From: Candidatus Pacearchaeota archaeon
Lineage (GTDB): Archaea; Nanobdellota; Nanobdellia; Pacearchaeales; GW2011-AR1
Direction of reading: 5' to 3'
Length of the DNA stretch: 64,000 nucleotides
Assembly (NCBI GenBank): GCA_018304145.1
Contig: JAGVWU010000001.1
Coordinates: 144-64,143 of the forward strand
A model generated the notes under the pieces. It searched no databases. It was not told the DNA's origin and saw only the letters and a program-made list of their open reading frames with translations. The position numbers were made by a program, and so were the translations under genes. Each line of letters starts with the position of its first letter. Position 1 is the first letter of the stretch. Below, piece after piece: positions 63,764-64,000 of this stretch.

Positions 63764-64000
63764 TTAATCATCTTCATATTCCGCATCCTCTTCATCAGAT
63801 TTGGAAATAGTCATATTTTTTATAAAGCTGGTTTTATTCTGAAGTTCTGATAAAGCAACATTCTGGTTTAAATCTCTTATATAATAAGTATCAAGCAGAG
63901 AATTTGCAGTGGCTGAATGTCCACTTCCTTTTCCATTTTTTGTATTATAGAGAGATGTTGCATCTATCCCACATCCTTTTAAAATCTCACTTTCTCCTCC
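63764..64000 (-). CDS. partial CDS (C-terminal end only, runs off the window)
   Basis: Open minus-strand frame ending ...SKSDEEDAEYEDD-stop at 63764. The N-terminus lies beyond 64000. Confidence 0.3.
   Translation of the reverse strand, partial: GGESEILKGCGIDATSLYNTKNGKGSGHSATANSLLDTYYIRDLNQNVALSELQNKTSFIKNMTISKSDEEDAEYEDD

Noticed and set aside
1-64000. CRISPR arrays, rRNA genes, tRNA genes
   Set aside because: No regularly spaced direct repeats with unique spacers were seen. No long GC-enriched structured stretches typical of rRNA are present. Intergenic regions scanned for T-loop/GTTCRAATC-like cores gave no convincing candidate. A covariance-model scan (tRNAscan-SE / Infernal) would be needed to be certain.

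Overview
This 64 kb window appears to come from a very AT-rich archaeal genome with Lys/Asn/Ile-rich proteins and tight gene packing, most consistent with a DPANN-type archaeon. That attribution is inferred from gene content, not measured. The left half (1-36.9 kb) is core chromosome. It carries a GTPase / small-protein / Zn-ribbon module, thioredoxin and thioredoxin reductase, a class I CCA-adding enzyme, two TrmB-family regulators, a PP2C-like phosphatase, signal peptidase I, a presenilin/SPP-like GxGD protease, aCPSF1, proteasome beta and alpha subunits, Mre11 and Rad50, an RNase J-like nuclease, two ATP-grasp ligases next to an LD-carboxypeptidase, an anchored S8 subtilase, and the archaeal exosome superoperon (Pop5-like, PsmA, SBDS, Rrp4, Rrp41, Rrp42, Rpo6). 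Three unexpected small ORFs are wedged into the exosome superoperon. The right part (about 36.9-61.5 kb) looks like an integrated plasmid-like / conjugative element. Its boundaries are a 17-bp perfect palindrome present twice and a 14-bp GC-rich direct repeat present at 37.9 kb and 61.46 kb. It encodes a TraB/PrgY-like protein, a tyrosine integrase, a TrmB-like regulator, a metallophosphoesterase plus P-loop kinase operon, and a Cas4-like nuclease inside a four-gene operon of unknowns fused to a complete Type I R-M system (hsdM-hsdS-hsdR). It also encodes a VirB4/TrbE-like ATPase with a C-terminal restriction-endonuclease-like domain, TrbC/VirB2-like membrane proteins and an orphan beta-class DNA methyltransferase. 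A family of short GAAAATC-loop-GATTTTC hairpins with a conserved loop recurs in intergenic regions. No rRNA, convincing tRNA or CRISPR array was found.
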